Positions 1 to 9,900 of a stretch of DNA of 59,764 nucleotides are shown in pieces. Source of the stretch: a virus. Taxonomy: Duplodnaviria > Caudoviricetes. How positions within the stretch are numbered: the stretch's first letter is position 1; every line of letters starts with the position of its first letter. Made by a program: the position numbers and the translations under genes. The stretch lies in the IMG/VR virus record IMGVR_UViG_3300028008_001583, positions 1 through 59,764 of that record. One strand, 5' to 3'. Below the pieces are notes generated by a model, which was given only the letters and a program-made list of their open reading frames with translations, was not told where the DNA came from and did not search any database.

Positions 1-9
1 ATTTATATG

Positions 10-26
10 TGTTATACTAGTAAATA
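10..26 (+). promoter_or_regulatory. Extended -10 (TGtTATACT, 10-18) plus late-type TAAATA (21-26) upstream of peroxiredoxin
   Basis: Motifs read directly; SD AGGAG follows; -35 would lie outside the window. Confidence 0.45.
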
Positions 27-43
27 ATTACTAGGAGACATTT

Positions 44-580
44 ATGATCGAAGGGTTTAAAATACCGCAAGTAACATTTAAAACACGAGTTAGAGATGGA
101 AGTATAGGAGGCGATAATCCTTATCGATGGGAAGATAAAACTACGGATGATTACTTTAAAGGTAAGCGTGTAGTATTATTTTCACTTCCTGGTGCATTTA
201 CGCCAACTTGCTCTACCTACCAGCTTCCGGGCTTTGAAGAAAATTACGATAACATTCGTAACCAAGACATTGATGAAGTTTATTGTATGAGCGTTAACGA
301 TGCATTTGTTATGAATGCTTGGGCAAAGACGCAGGACATTCAAAACGTAAAAGTGATTCCGGATGGATCGGGCAATTTTACTCGCTTTATGGGTATGTTG
401 ATTGGCAAGAATCATTTAGGATTCGGGCTACGCAGTTGGCGTTACATGGCAATTATTAACGATGGTATAGTTGAGAAGTGGTGGCAGGAACCTGGTATTA
501 ATAACGATGGTTCGGACGATGATCCGTACATAGAATCAACACCAGAAAATTGCGTAAGCTATCTTGAACAAAATTTCTAA
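44..580 (+). CDS. Peroxiredoxin, Prx5/type II (Redoxin family)
   Basis: FSLPGAFTPTCS peroxidatic motif, SVNDAFVMNAW, RSWRY; SD AGGAG. Confidence 0.95.
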   Translation: MIEGFKIPQVTFKTRVRDGSIGGDNPYRWEDKTTDDYFKGKRVVLFSLPGAFTPTCSTYQLPGFEENYDNIRNQDIDEVYCMSVNDAFVMNAWAKTQDIQNVKVIPDGSGNFTRFMGMLIGKNHLGFGLRSWRYMAIINDGIVEKWWQEPGINNDGSDDDPYIESTPENCVSYLEQNF

Positions 581-1295
581 AGCACTTATTATTCGCAGGC
601 TCCAAGTTCCGTTATCAATGGAATATGCACAATTTTGTGCAGAGTCTTGCGAAAAACATAATCTAGATTACGAATTTATTGACGCTGTTGAATTTTTAGA
701 ATGTAGAGAAGCATTTAAGTCAGTGGGCGCAAAAAAAATTAATTCCTACAAAAATAGGGCAGGACTGCATAAAATGGGAAACTGTTGCTGTCACGCTTCT
801 CATATCAAATGTTGGAAACGCATTGTAGAATTAGATGAGACTTGTATAATTCTAGAACATGATGCAGTAGTAAAAGGAGATGTGCGTAACATAGAAATTC
901 CTGATATGGTTACTACTACTTTTGGACACCGTATTCAAAATATTGATGACTATACTCCTCCGCACGAAGCAACAAAATTAGTAAGAATTAAAAGAGCATT
1001 AGGATGTCATGCTTATGCACTTACTCCCAAAAGTGCTGAATGGTTATGGGAAGATGCTAGAGTTGGCGTAAAACTTGAGTTAGATTATTATCTTATGATT
1101 AATCCGCCAACTGTATTGCCTTTATATGTTTGCGAACCCCCGCAAGTTGTAGGATGGGAAAGAGCTTCAACAACAAGATTTACTAAAGACAACCAAACTC
1201 CAACGGCACAAATATTTACTGAGATTAATAATCAACATCCTGACTCTATTACTGAAGGTTGGAAAAAAGGATATAAACCTCAAAAAAGTGGTTGA
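564..1295 (+). CDS. Glycosyltransferase family 25-like (start uncertain: TTG 564 or ATG 618)
   Basis: FIDAV, GNCCCHASHIKCWKRI, IILEHDA and HAYALTP match GT25 motifs. Confidence 0.75.
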   Translation: MNKISKALIIRRLQVPLSMEYAQFCAESCEKHNLDYEFIDAVEFLECREAFKSVGAKKINSYKNRAGLHKMGNCCCHASHIKCWKRIVELDETCIILEHDAVVKGDVRNIEIPDMVTTTFGHRIQNIDDYTPPHEATKLVRIKRALGCHAYALTPKSAEWLWEDARVGVKLELDYYLMINPPTVLPLYVCEPPQVVGWERASTTRFTKDNQTPTAQIFTEINNQHPDSITEGWKKGYKPQKSG

Positions 1296-1319
1296 CATTG
1301 TTTGTAATGATGTTATATT
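1292..1319 (+). promoter_or_regulatory. Sigma70-type promoter of the ncRNA
   Basis: TTGACA (1292-1297), 16 bp spacer, TGtTATATT extended -10. Confidence 0.75.
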
Positions 1320-1325
1320 AGTTAC

Positions 1326-1533
1326 ATAAGTTAGGCGACGGTCTAAGTTAGATAGTGCAAGGAACGGTGTTGCGTAGTGACACAACTTGGCTAGTAGCTG
1401 TAGTGGCAACATATGATTGTAGAGATACAAAGATATGTTTTTGGAAGTAACTATCCGATGCTAGGCTCCTCCGAATTTGGCATGAGCTACTAGGAGGTTG
1501 TTGGTAATCATTAAGTCCAACCTATCACCTTAT
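1326..1533 (+). ncRNA. Unassigned structured ncRNA (~210 nt)
   Basis: No plausible + strand ORF; bounded by promoter and terminator; nested helices ATAAG/CTTAT, GATAG/CTATC, CTAGTAGCT/AGCTACTAG, AACATAT/ATATGTT with a GAGA-capped TTGTA/TACAA stem. Confidence 0.75.
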
Positions 1534-1537
1534 TATT

Positions 1538-1570
1538 AAAAGCTCGGCATTCTATGTCGGGCTTTTTCTC
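1538..1570 (+). terminator. Intrinsic terminator
   Basis: AAAAGCTCGGCA-ttcta-TGTCGGGCTTTT followed by T-rich tail. Confidence 0.85.
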
Positions 1571-1576
1571 TTTGTG

Positions 1577-1583
1577 ATAAATA
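1577..1583 (+). promoter_or_regulatory. T4-type late promoter (ATAAATA)
   Basis: gATAAATActatt right after a terminator; motif recurs before structural genes. Confidence 0.75.
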
Positions 1584-1588
1584 CTATT

Positions 1589-1670
1589 GTCAGATAGTGT
1601 GCCGCAAGGCGGACTTATGCTGCACCACAGCGTACTGGATAGAACCCAGATAGGACTACTAAACAGGAGA
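1589..1670 (+). promoter_or_regulatory. Structured 5' leader with three hairpins
   Basis: GCC-GCAA-GGC, TATGCTG-cacca-CAGCGTA, CTGG-atagaac-CCAG directly before SD AGGAG. Confidence 0.6.
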
Positions 1671-1676
1671 AAACAA

Positions 1677-2126
1677 ATGGGAAGACCAATTAATAAAAGG
1701 TTAATGGGAGCGCCAACAGCAGGCGGATCCGAAATCAAAGTAAACTTTCATAACGGCACAGCAGTTAAAGAAGGCTATATTGTAAAGCAAAAAGGCTCAA
1801 AGAAATTTGTATGCGAAGAAATTGAAACAGCAGGCGAATTTACTTGTGTATTAAAAACTGGGGTATTACCAGCAGCATTACAAGAAGGCGAAATGTCAAT
1901 TTCAGTACTAGGCGATGATGGCGAAACATATGGCGTAAGCAAAATTTCAGGCCGTAAAGTTACACTAGCAGCTCCGAGTGCAACAGGTTCAAACGCATTA
2001 GATGGCACATCAATTGCATGGAACTTTACAGTAGACGGCGCAGACGGTGCAGTACAAATTGAAGAAGCTGGCGATGATAACACATTAACTGGTACCGACG
2101 ACGACGACTTCACCGAAGACGCATAA
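1677..2126 (+). CDS. Probable virion structural protein (start corrected to ATG 1677)
   Basis: AGGAG SD before MGRPINK; late promoter; acidic C-terminus. Confidence 0.7.
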   Translation: MGRPINKRLMGAPTAGGSEIKVNFHNGTAVKEGYIVKQKGSKKFVCEEIETAGEFTCVLKTGVLPAALQEGEMSISVLGDDGETYGVSKISGRKVTLAAPSATGSNALDGTSIAWNFTVDGADGAVQIEEAGDDNTLTGTDDDDFTEDA

Positions 2127-2146
2127 GTTATAATCTAGGATAGACT

Positions 2147-3130
2147 ATGTCAAAGTTCATTAAAACAAGTAGTGACGATTTAACATTAAAAACAGCTTCG
2201 GGAGGAACAATTAATCTTGAAACTGGTACAGGTGTTGGATTAGTTTCAGTCTCAGGAGACTTGCGTGTTTTGGGAACTACGACGACAGTAAATTCAACAG
2301 AAGTAACTGTAGCAGATAATATCATTGAATTAAACACCGGTGAAACTAGCGGCAGCGTAACACTAGGTTCAGCGGGTTTAAAGATTGATAGATCATACGA
2401 AGGGTCTACTCCTCCAGCAGGACAAGGCGATGTGTTTTGGGCGTATCATGACGATACGCCTGATCCTATCAATGGTAGAGGTCTGTGGAGAGCAAGGCAC
2501 GACGGCGGCGAGTTTGTAGGTATTGCAACTAATCACATTAGTACTAGCGGCACGGATCTTACATTAATTAATGCTGTATCGGGCGTAGTTACAGTAGGAA
2601 CAAGTTCTGCATATGAATCAAGAGTTACAGATCCTAATCATATGCCAAATAAAAAATATGTTGATGATTCTATTGTAAACGCTTTTGCAACAGTTCTTTT
2701 ACCACAAATTGGTGACGGAATAATAGATGTTTCGGGTGTTGTAGTTTCAGACAATGAAAACAGCGGCGTTGACAGTGTTATCAATTTTTCAATTGACGGG
2801 AATGTTATTTCTTCAGTATTTGCAGATAGATGGGAATTTGACGAAATTAGAATTGCTGGAACTGTAATTGAAACACTCAGCAGTAATGAAGATTTAATTT
2901 TGCGAGCACCAGGTACTGGAAATGTTAGAATTGATGATACCGTACATATAAACAGTGTTCCGGGAGACGATGATATTATTTTAGAACCGCCTGTACCAAC
3001 AGACGGCGCAAAGATTTATGTATCAGATCAATATACGGGCAAAAGCGGAATATATTTCGTTAATCAAAATAATAATAGAGACGAATTAGTAAGTAAAAAC
3101 AGAGCACTTCTTTTTGGAATGCTTTTTTAA
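2147..3130 (+). CDS. Tail fibre/baseplate-associated structural protein
   Basis: GDLRVLGTTTTVNST..VADNIIELN fibre repeat, NKKYVD motif, hydrophobic C-terminus ALLFGMLF. Confidence 0.7.
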   Translation: MSKFIKTSSDDLTLKTASGGTINLETGTGVGLVSVSGDLRVLGTTTTVNSTEVTVADNIIELNTGETSGSVTLGSAGLKIDRSYEGSTPPAGQGDVFWAYHDDTPDPINGRGLWRARHDGGEFVGIATNHISTSGTDLTLINAVSGVVTVGTSSAYESRVTDPNHMPNKKYVDDSIVNAFATVLLPQIGDGIIDVSGVVVSDNENSGVDSVINFSIDGNVISSVFADRWEFDEIRIAGTVIETLSSNEDLILRAPGTGNVRIDDTVHINSVPGDDDIILEPPVPTDGAKIYVSDQYTGKSGIYFVNQNNNRDELVSKNRALLFGMLF

Positions 3131-3139
3131 GGAATAGAA

Positions 3140-3670
3140 ATGGCAATAGTAAATGCACAAATAAAAATTACTGACACTAACGTATTAGATCCATTTGGAG
3201 CAAATCCTGCGCCTTATGAAGGTGCAGTACCACAAAATAAGACTTATGCTATAACAAACATACTTATATGTAATCCTTCAACATCTGATACGATTGCGTT
3301 TGATATGCATTTAGTTCCGTTTAATGATCCTATCGATACAAACACAACAGCAGTAGTAAAAAGTTTAAGTTTACCACCAGGCGAAACTTTTACATTTGAT
3401 TCAGAAAGGGTAATTTTAGAACAAGGCGATAGAATAGTATTAATTGCAGATACTGAAGGAAGTTTTGGTAACATTTCTGTAAGCAACATTGTTCCAGGAA
3501 AAACTTATCAAATTGTTACACCTGGAGATACCGACTTTGTTTCAATTAATTCTCCTAATAATACAGTAGGAACATCATTTATTGCATCTGCTGCCGGAAC
3601 AGGAACTGGAACTGTTACTTTAGAAGGATATAGCGCATTAGCAGCAACAGTAAGTTATATGGAAGTGTAA
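3140..3670 (+). CDS. Small beta-rich virion protein (paralog of 10254 and 19577)
   Basis: ITNILICN...LPPGET...VILEQGDRI...VSYMEV pattern. Confidence 0.6.
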   Translation: MAIVNAQIKITDTNVLDPFGANPAPYEGAVPQNKTYAITNILICNPSTSDTIAFDMHLVPFNDPIDTNTTAVVKSLSLPPGETFTFDSERVILEQGDRIVLIADTEGSFGNISVSNIVPGKTYQIVTPGDTDFVSINSPNNTVGTSFIASAAGTGTGTVTLEGYSALAATVSYMEV

Positions 3671-3671
3671 G

Positions 3672-4232
3672 ATGAGATTACTCAAAGCGCAAAATACTAA
3701 TCTGCGAAACATATATGGTAAAGGCGTGAAGTATGACTATGACAATCAAGTTATTGTAGATAGCCAAAGAGCTATGCTTGTTCCTAAAGGACCACTTAGT
3801 GAGCAGCCAGGACAGCCTGGAGTTATAACAGGAGCAGTTAACGGTCAGATTCGTTACAACACAACCGATGAGCAGTTAGAAGCATACCAAGACGGCGCCT
3901 GGAGAGAAATACGTTTTAAAGAACCTAATAGAGATCCAGGAATAGTTTGGCAAAATTTAGGAACTGGCGACGGTACAGAAACAGTATTTGGCGAACTTCA
4001 AAGCAATGATACTGATTACCCTTATCCAATAGCAAAAGAGCATATACTTGTTCTTGTAGAAAATGTTATACAAATACCGCTTGACAATTATAGTATTAGA
4101 CAAACAGCTGAAGTTGATACTACAGGTCCTAATGCACCTTACACATCAACAGGCACTGGCTGGTGGGTAGAATTTACATCTGCTGTCCCTATAGACAAAG
4201 AAGTAACTATAATTCATAACCTAGACAAATAA
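3672..4232 (+). CDS. Virion structural protein
   Basis: LVPKG...GQIRYNTTDEQLEAY...W fibre motif; GDGTETVF. Confidence 0.6.
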   Translation: MRLLKAQNTNLRNIYGKGVKYDYDNQVIVDSQRAMLVPKGPLSEQPGQPGVITGAVNGQIRYNTTDEQLEAYQDGAWREIRFKEPNRDPGIVWQNLGTGDGTETVFGELQSNDTDYPYPIAKEHILVLVENVIQIPLDNYSIRQTAEVDTTGPNAPYTSTGTGWWVEFTSAVPIDKEVTIIHNLDK

Positions 4233-4235
4233 ATA
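4229..4235 (+). promoter_or_regulatory. T4-type late promoter overlapping upstream stop codon
   Basis: ATAAATAcagta, then SD AGGAG. Confidence 0.65.
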
Positions 4236-4254
4236 CAGTATCAGGAGATACTAG

Positions 4255-6741
4255 ATGCCAGAACCAAAGAATGGCCGTATAGGCGGCGGTGTACTTAAAG
4301 ATAATCTAGAAATTTACCAAGGGGGCACCCCCGGAGGTAGAGATTATTTAAATTTCGCAAATTTACAAACAGACATTGATTCTGGAAATCCTTTACTGCA
4401 CCTTAACGCTAAAGATGAACAAATTGGTGTTAATACCGATAGTATTTCTTTTGATTTACAAACTCCTAATAATATTGGTTCTAGTAATATAATTGCATCT
4501 ACTACAAGTATTGCAAACTTATTTGATATTACGTCAAATCGTATAGACTATCTTGTTGGTTCAGATCTGTTACTTTCTTCAGCAGTTGATATCGAAGCAA
4601 CTGCAATAAGCACGAATAATCTTTTGTTAGATTATAATACAATAAGCACATACACTTCTGATTCAAACATAGAGTTGCGACCAAATGCTGCATTTGTAAA
4701 TATTAGATCACACTGGAATAATACAGGATCCATACATGCAACAGGAAATATTGAATTCGGTGGAAACTTTACTCTAGGTGATTCAGATCAGGATAATGTA
4801 GTATTTGAAGCAGACGTTGCTAGTGACATATTACCCGATACGACAGACAACGTTTCATTAGGATCTCCGAGTAAACGGTTTGATAAAATATATAGTAGGG
4901 CATTAGACACACGCAGTTTAACGTCAGAAAAAGTTGTATTATCAGGTACACGCCTTGAATTACGTCAAGGTAATATTTTTTATGTAAGCACACTAGGAGA
5001 TGATACAAACGTTGGCGATCATCAACACGGTGCTTTTAGAACAATTAAACATGCTTTAGACGTAGTTGACGCTAGCTCTGCAGGCCCTGTAACTATTCAT
5101 GTATATCCTGGAGAATACGAAGAAGAATTTCCGTTAATTGTGCCTGAACGAGTTACAATATCAGGTGAAGATATAAGAAACTGTATTATTAAACCTACTA
5201 CTGGTACAAATACAAATAATGCATTTGAAGTTAATCAAAATGTTACAATCGAAAATATTACAATAAAAGATTTTTTTAGCCCAGGATATGCATTTACATT
5301 TGCAAATAATGCAATTATAACAGAACGCTCGCCGTACATTAGAAACATAACTGTTATAACAAAAGGAAGTGTTGTGAGTGCTACAGATCCAAGAGGATTT
5401 GATCAAGGCGATGCAGGCAAAGGTGCACTTATTGACGGGTCAATTACGGCATCTAGTTTAACTGAAGCTAGTATGCTATTTCATGCTGCAACATTTATAA
5501 CACCAGGCGTTGATGCAATTACAATGACAAATGGCGTTAGAGTAGAATGGCTCAACAGTTTTACTTATTACGCAAATAGAGGATTGTATGCAATAAACGG
5601 AACTGCTGGTAAAGCTAATAATGGGTCAACATTTGGTGCAGAAGTTAGGTCAATTGGATCAGCATGTGTATATGGTAACTTTGGTGCAGTAGCAGACGGC
5701 GCAGATACGTTAATGTATTTAATAACGCACAACTTTGCATATATCGGTACAGGTAAAGACAAGTCAAACGACAAATCATTATCAATAGAAAATAATGAAA
5801 TTGTTAAAATAAACAACGGTGTTATACATTTTACTAGTACAGACGAAACAGGAAAATTCCGTGTAGGAAATAATTTTTTTGCTGATTTCGAAACTGGTAC
5901 AACAAGTATAGATGCAAGTGCAATTGATTTTAGTGGAATAAGTCAAATCATTACACGTAGTGGCGATAGCGAAACTTTTATAAATGGATCAAGAATTGAT
6001 ACAGGAAATATAAGAATTAGTGGTAACACTATTACTACAATTGATAATGAATTAGTACTTACACCTGTAACAGGAATATTTAATACTGACAATAATCCGG
6101 GATTAATATTAAGTAATAGCGACGACACTACAAGAACTAATATTCAAGGAAGTATTAGGTATAATACTAGTACAAATTTATTTGAAGGCTATTCTACAGG
6201 CAATCTCAGTTTTGGCGGAACTTATTCTGATGATAGAGCAACAAGTTTGCGAGCACATCAAACTAATAACACAATTATATTAACAGCAAATAATGTTGTA
6301 GCAGGAACATTAGATGCAACAAAATTAAGCTTAGTAGGGTTATCAGACGGAGACGTGTTATTTGATAATAATCTTATTACAACAACAGAATCTAATTCTA
6401 ATTTAGAACTTAGAAGAAACGGAACAGGAATAATTGAAGCTTTTGATATAGATCTTAGAGATAAAAATATTATCAATACCTCTAATAATACATTAGTTTT
6501 AGGTGCTGTAGGCGAAGGCTATGTAAAATTTGATAGTACTACAGGTCTTGTTATACCGTGGGGTAATACAATATCTCGACCTCCTAGTCCCGAATTAGGA
6601 GACACACGCTGGAATACAAGCGACGATCAATTAGAAACTTGGAACGGTACTGAATGGCAACGTAGTGCAGGTACAGGTGAAGACGTTGATGCTAATACAA
6701 TTAACGAATTACTAGATCTTTACACTATAGTTTTAGGTTAA
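4255..6741 (+). CDS. Tail fibre/spike-like protein with probable beta-helix domain
   Basis: FYVSTLGDDTN...FRTIKHAL...IHVYPGEYEE..P pectin-lyase-type start; paralog of 6905. Confidence 0.75.
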   Translation: MPEPKNGRIGGGVLKDNLEIYQGGTPGGRDYLNFANLQTDIDSGNPLLHLNAKDEQIGVNTDSISFDLQTPNNIGSSNIIASTTSIANLFDITSNRIDYLVGSDLLLSSAVDIEATAISTNNLLLDYNTISTYTSDSNIELRPNAAFVNIRSHWNNTGSIHATGNIEFGGNFTLGDSDQDNVVFEADVASDILPDTTDNVSLGSPSKRFDKIYSRALDTRSLTSEKVVLSGTRLELRQGNIFYVSTLGDDTNVGDHQHGAFRTIKHALDVVDASSAGPVTIHVYPGEYEEEFPLIVPERVTISGEDIRNCIIKPTTGTNTNNAFEVNQNVTIENITIKDFFSPGYAFTFANNAIITERSPYIRNITVITKGSVVSATDPRGFDQGDAGKGALIDGSITASSLTEASMLFHAATFITPGVDAITMTNGVRVEWLNSFTYYANRGLYAINGTAGKANNGSTFGAEVRSIGSACVYGNFGAVADGADTLMYLITHNFAYIGTGKDKSNDKSLSIENNEIVKINNGVIHFTSTDETGKFRVGNNFFADFETGTTSIDASAIDFSGISQIITRSGDSETFINGSRIDTGNIRISGNTITTIDNELVLTPVTGIFNTDNNPGLILSNSDDTTRTNIQGSIRYNTSTNLFEGYSTGNLSFGGTYSDDRATSLRAHQTNNTIILTANNVVAGTLDATKLSLVGLSDGDVLFDNNLITTTESNSNLELRRNGTGIIEAFDIDLRDKNIINTSNNTLVLGAVGEGYVKFDSTTGLVIPWGNTISRPPSPELGDTRWNTSDDQLETWNGTEWQRSAGTGEDVDANTINELLDLYTIVLG

Positions 6742-6781
6742 CAAAACAATAACCTATCAGACTATAATTCACACTTTTAGC

Positions 6782-6787
6782 TAAATA
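6782..6787 (+). promoter_or_regulatory. T4-type late promoter
   Basis: cTAAATActatt, same context as 1577. Confidence 0.7.
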
Positions 6788-6792
6788 CTATT

Positions 6793-6900
6793 AATGCAGT
6801 ACAGCGACCATTGTATTGCAGGGTCAAACTGTGGTTAACCAGCAAAGAGCCGTGAGGCTGAGAATTTGGCTAGAGGGACAGGATCCCCGTATTGAGGAGA
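6793..6900 (+). promoter_or_regulatory. Structured 5' leader with possible pseudoknot
   Basis: 10-bp stem 6795-6820 with loop CGACCA complementary to GGTC/TGGT downstream; AGCC-GTGA-GGCT; GGGA..TCCC before SD GAGGAG. Confidence 0.6.
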
Positions 6901-6904
6901 AGAG

Positions 6905-9900
6905 ATGGCTATCGGTCGCATATCAGGTCCGCTCTTAAAGCAAAACTTACTTCGTGAGGGAGTAAATTTAGCTTTTGAGAACGACCTTCTATATCTAGAT
7001 GTACAACAGTCTAAGGTAGGCATCAAGAATGCTTCACCCCAATACGAATTAGATGTTACCGGCACAACTAGAACTACTACTTTAAATGTTTCTTCAACAG
7101 CTAATTTAGGCGATATTGTTATAAATGCTGCCGGTATTGGCACTACTCAAGATACGATGGTTCTTGGAACTACAACAGGCAATTCTGTAGTATATCAAAA
7201 TAAACTAAGAGTTGACAGTTTAGAACTACAAAATAATGCTATTAGAACAATTAACTCAAATGAAAATTTAGAATTAAATCCAAACGGTACAGGAACCGTA
7301 GAAATATTTGCTGATACAAATGTTTACGGAAACATTACAGCAACAGGATCAATCACAGCAGACGGTAACATTACCATTGGTGATGCTGATACTGACAATA
7401 TTACATTTAATGCAGAACTAGCTTCTAATATTATCCCAGATATAGACAACACTTATTCGTTAGGAAGCAATCCAAACGTAGCCGGCGGTAAAGAATGGTC
7501 AAATGTTTATACTGACGAATTTTACGGCACTACAGTAACAACAACCAATCTTAACGTAGACGGAATAGACTTGTCAACTAGACAAGGTAATTTATATTAC
7601 GTTTCAGAAAATGGTGACGATACAAATAGTGGCGACCATCCTAACGATCCGTATGGTTCATTAAGATATGCACTAAGTCAAGCAACTAGCGGCGACACAA
7701 TTCACATTTATCCAGGAGTTTATCAAGAAATAACTCCATTAACAGTACCTGTAGGAGTTACTGTAAAAGGACACAGTATGCGTAGTGTAATACTTGAACC
7801 TACGGGAGCTACTCATACAAATGATATATTTCTCTTAAATGGAGAAAGCACAGTTGAAGATGTAACTATTAGAAACTTTTATAGTCCGGGTTATGCATTT
7901 AAATTTGCAAATAATTTTACAGTAACTTCTAGATCACCATATATTAGAAATGTTAGTGTAATTACGCAAGGGACTCAAACGCCAGCAAATGATCCAAGAG
8001 GTTTTGATCAAGGTGATGCCGGCAGAGGCGCATACTTAGACGGTAGTTTAGCAAATGCAGCATCGAGAGAAGCAGGATGCTTATTTCATAGTGTAACTTT
8101 TATTACACCGGGAGTAGATGCATTAACCATTACAAACGGAACAAGAGTTGAATGGTTAAACTGTTTTACTTATTTTGCAAACAAGGGACTATATGCAGTA
8201 GACGGCGCCACAGGATTAAAAGGAACTGGTAAAACTGCTGTTAGAGTTGACGGTCTCACAGGCGGAAGTATCACTGCTGGTAATACGTTTAGTTATTACG
8301 ACACAGACGGAACTACAGTTCTTGCAACAGGAACAATTGCTAGTGTGGATGCAGATGATAAATTTTATGTCAACGGAAACTTATCTGCACTACAAGTTGC
8401 ATCTATACGAAATGGTAAAACTATAACTAGGTATCAAAATCCTGTAACTGACACAGGTATAAAGAAATTTGGCACAAGCAGTTTGCAGCTAGACGGCACC
8501 CAAGATTACATAGGTGTAACTTCTAATAACGACTTTGGATTCGGAACAGATGACTACACTGTAGAAGGTTGGTTTTATTTTGATAGTGTAGCTGCTACAA
8601 CAAATTTATTTGATTTTAGAGCAGGTGCAGGATCAGACATTGCACCACTAGTTTATATTAACGCTGGCGGCGAATTACGATTTTATTCATATAGTGCAGA
8701 TAGAATCACAGGTTCAACATTAACAACAGGTCAATGGTATCATATAGCAGTAAGTCGTAACGGCAACGATACTAGACTATTTTTAGACGGTACTTTAGAA
8801 GGTACTTGGACTATTTCGCCAGTTGACTATGGTGTTGCTAAGCCTCTCATAATCGGAGCACGATGGGACGGCGCAAACAAAGTCGACGGCAACATAGACG
8901 AGTTTAGAGTTACAAAAGGACTTGCTAGATATACAAGCGCATTTGGTGCAATAGCATCTCCGTTTACAAGCGATAACAACACAGTATTACTTCTACATTT
9001 TGATAATGCTGATGATAGTTCAGAAACAATAGTAGATGATACAATAAATTCTCAAGATTTAAGATTCAGTAACGGCGCATCTGCTAGCTACGTAACTCTT
9101 GCAGACCAAACAGATTTTGGCGGAGAAATAAGATCTATTTCTAGTGCATGCGTTTACGGAAATTATGGCGCATACGGCGACGGAGCCGGTGTGTTAATGT
9201 ATTTGATATCTCAAAACTTTGCTTATATAAGCAACGGCAAATTAACAACTAACGATGCTAATACAGTTGTACAACTAAATGAAGTGACTGAATTAAATAA
9301 TGCCAGGGTAAGATATAGTTCAGTTGACCACAAAGGTGATTTTAGAGTTGGCGATTTATTTTATGTAAATCAAGAACAAGGTACTGTAGACTTTACAAGT
9401 ACAGAATTTAATATTGATACAACTAGTGGTCTTACTATCACAACAGGCGGCAGCAATACTGTTATTACTGGCGAAAAAATTGATACTGGTAATTTAAGAA
9501 TAAGCGGTAATACTATACAAAGTTTATCTGGCGATATTAATTTATCTAGTGCAAGCGGCAACGTAAAAATTACTAGTACAGGTAGTTTACAACTTCCTAC
9601 AGGAGATACTGCAAGTCGTCCAACGGCTGCAACTGGTATGATTCGTTATAACACTGATACTAATTTGTTTGAAGGTTATGACGGAAATTGGATTGCGTTA
9701 AATGGTGTTTATGATCTAGATTTAGATACAAAAGTTACAGCAGAAGCAACACCTGGCGCAAATGATAATACTATAAGATTTTATATTTCTAATGCAGAAA
9801 GAATGTCAGTAACTGATAGTGCACTAGAAACACCACGCATTGAAGTAGACGATATTAGTATTGACGGCAATGTAATTACTACAGAAACAACAGATACCGA

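Noticed and set aside
1326-1660. RNase P, tmRNA or group I intron identity for the structured region
   Set aside because: AGTGCAA and GATAGAACCC fragments recall RNase P conserved regions, but GAGGAAAGUCC/P4 is absent and a terminator splits them; no tRNA-like ends, tag ORF or P7 core
1587-1676. N-terminal extensions in the ORF track (also 19878, 23658, 27817, 36030, 39468, 42004, 42037, 49538, 51084)
   Set aside because: Better starts lie downstream, supported by SD or promoter position
6818-6890. c-di-GMP-I riboswitch call (GGGTCAAAC...GCAAAG...GGGAC)
   Set aside because: Motif order and the GAAA-capped P2 do not fit the consensus; left unassigned
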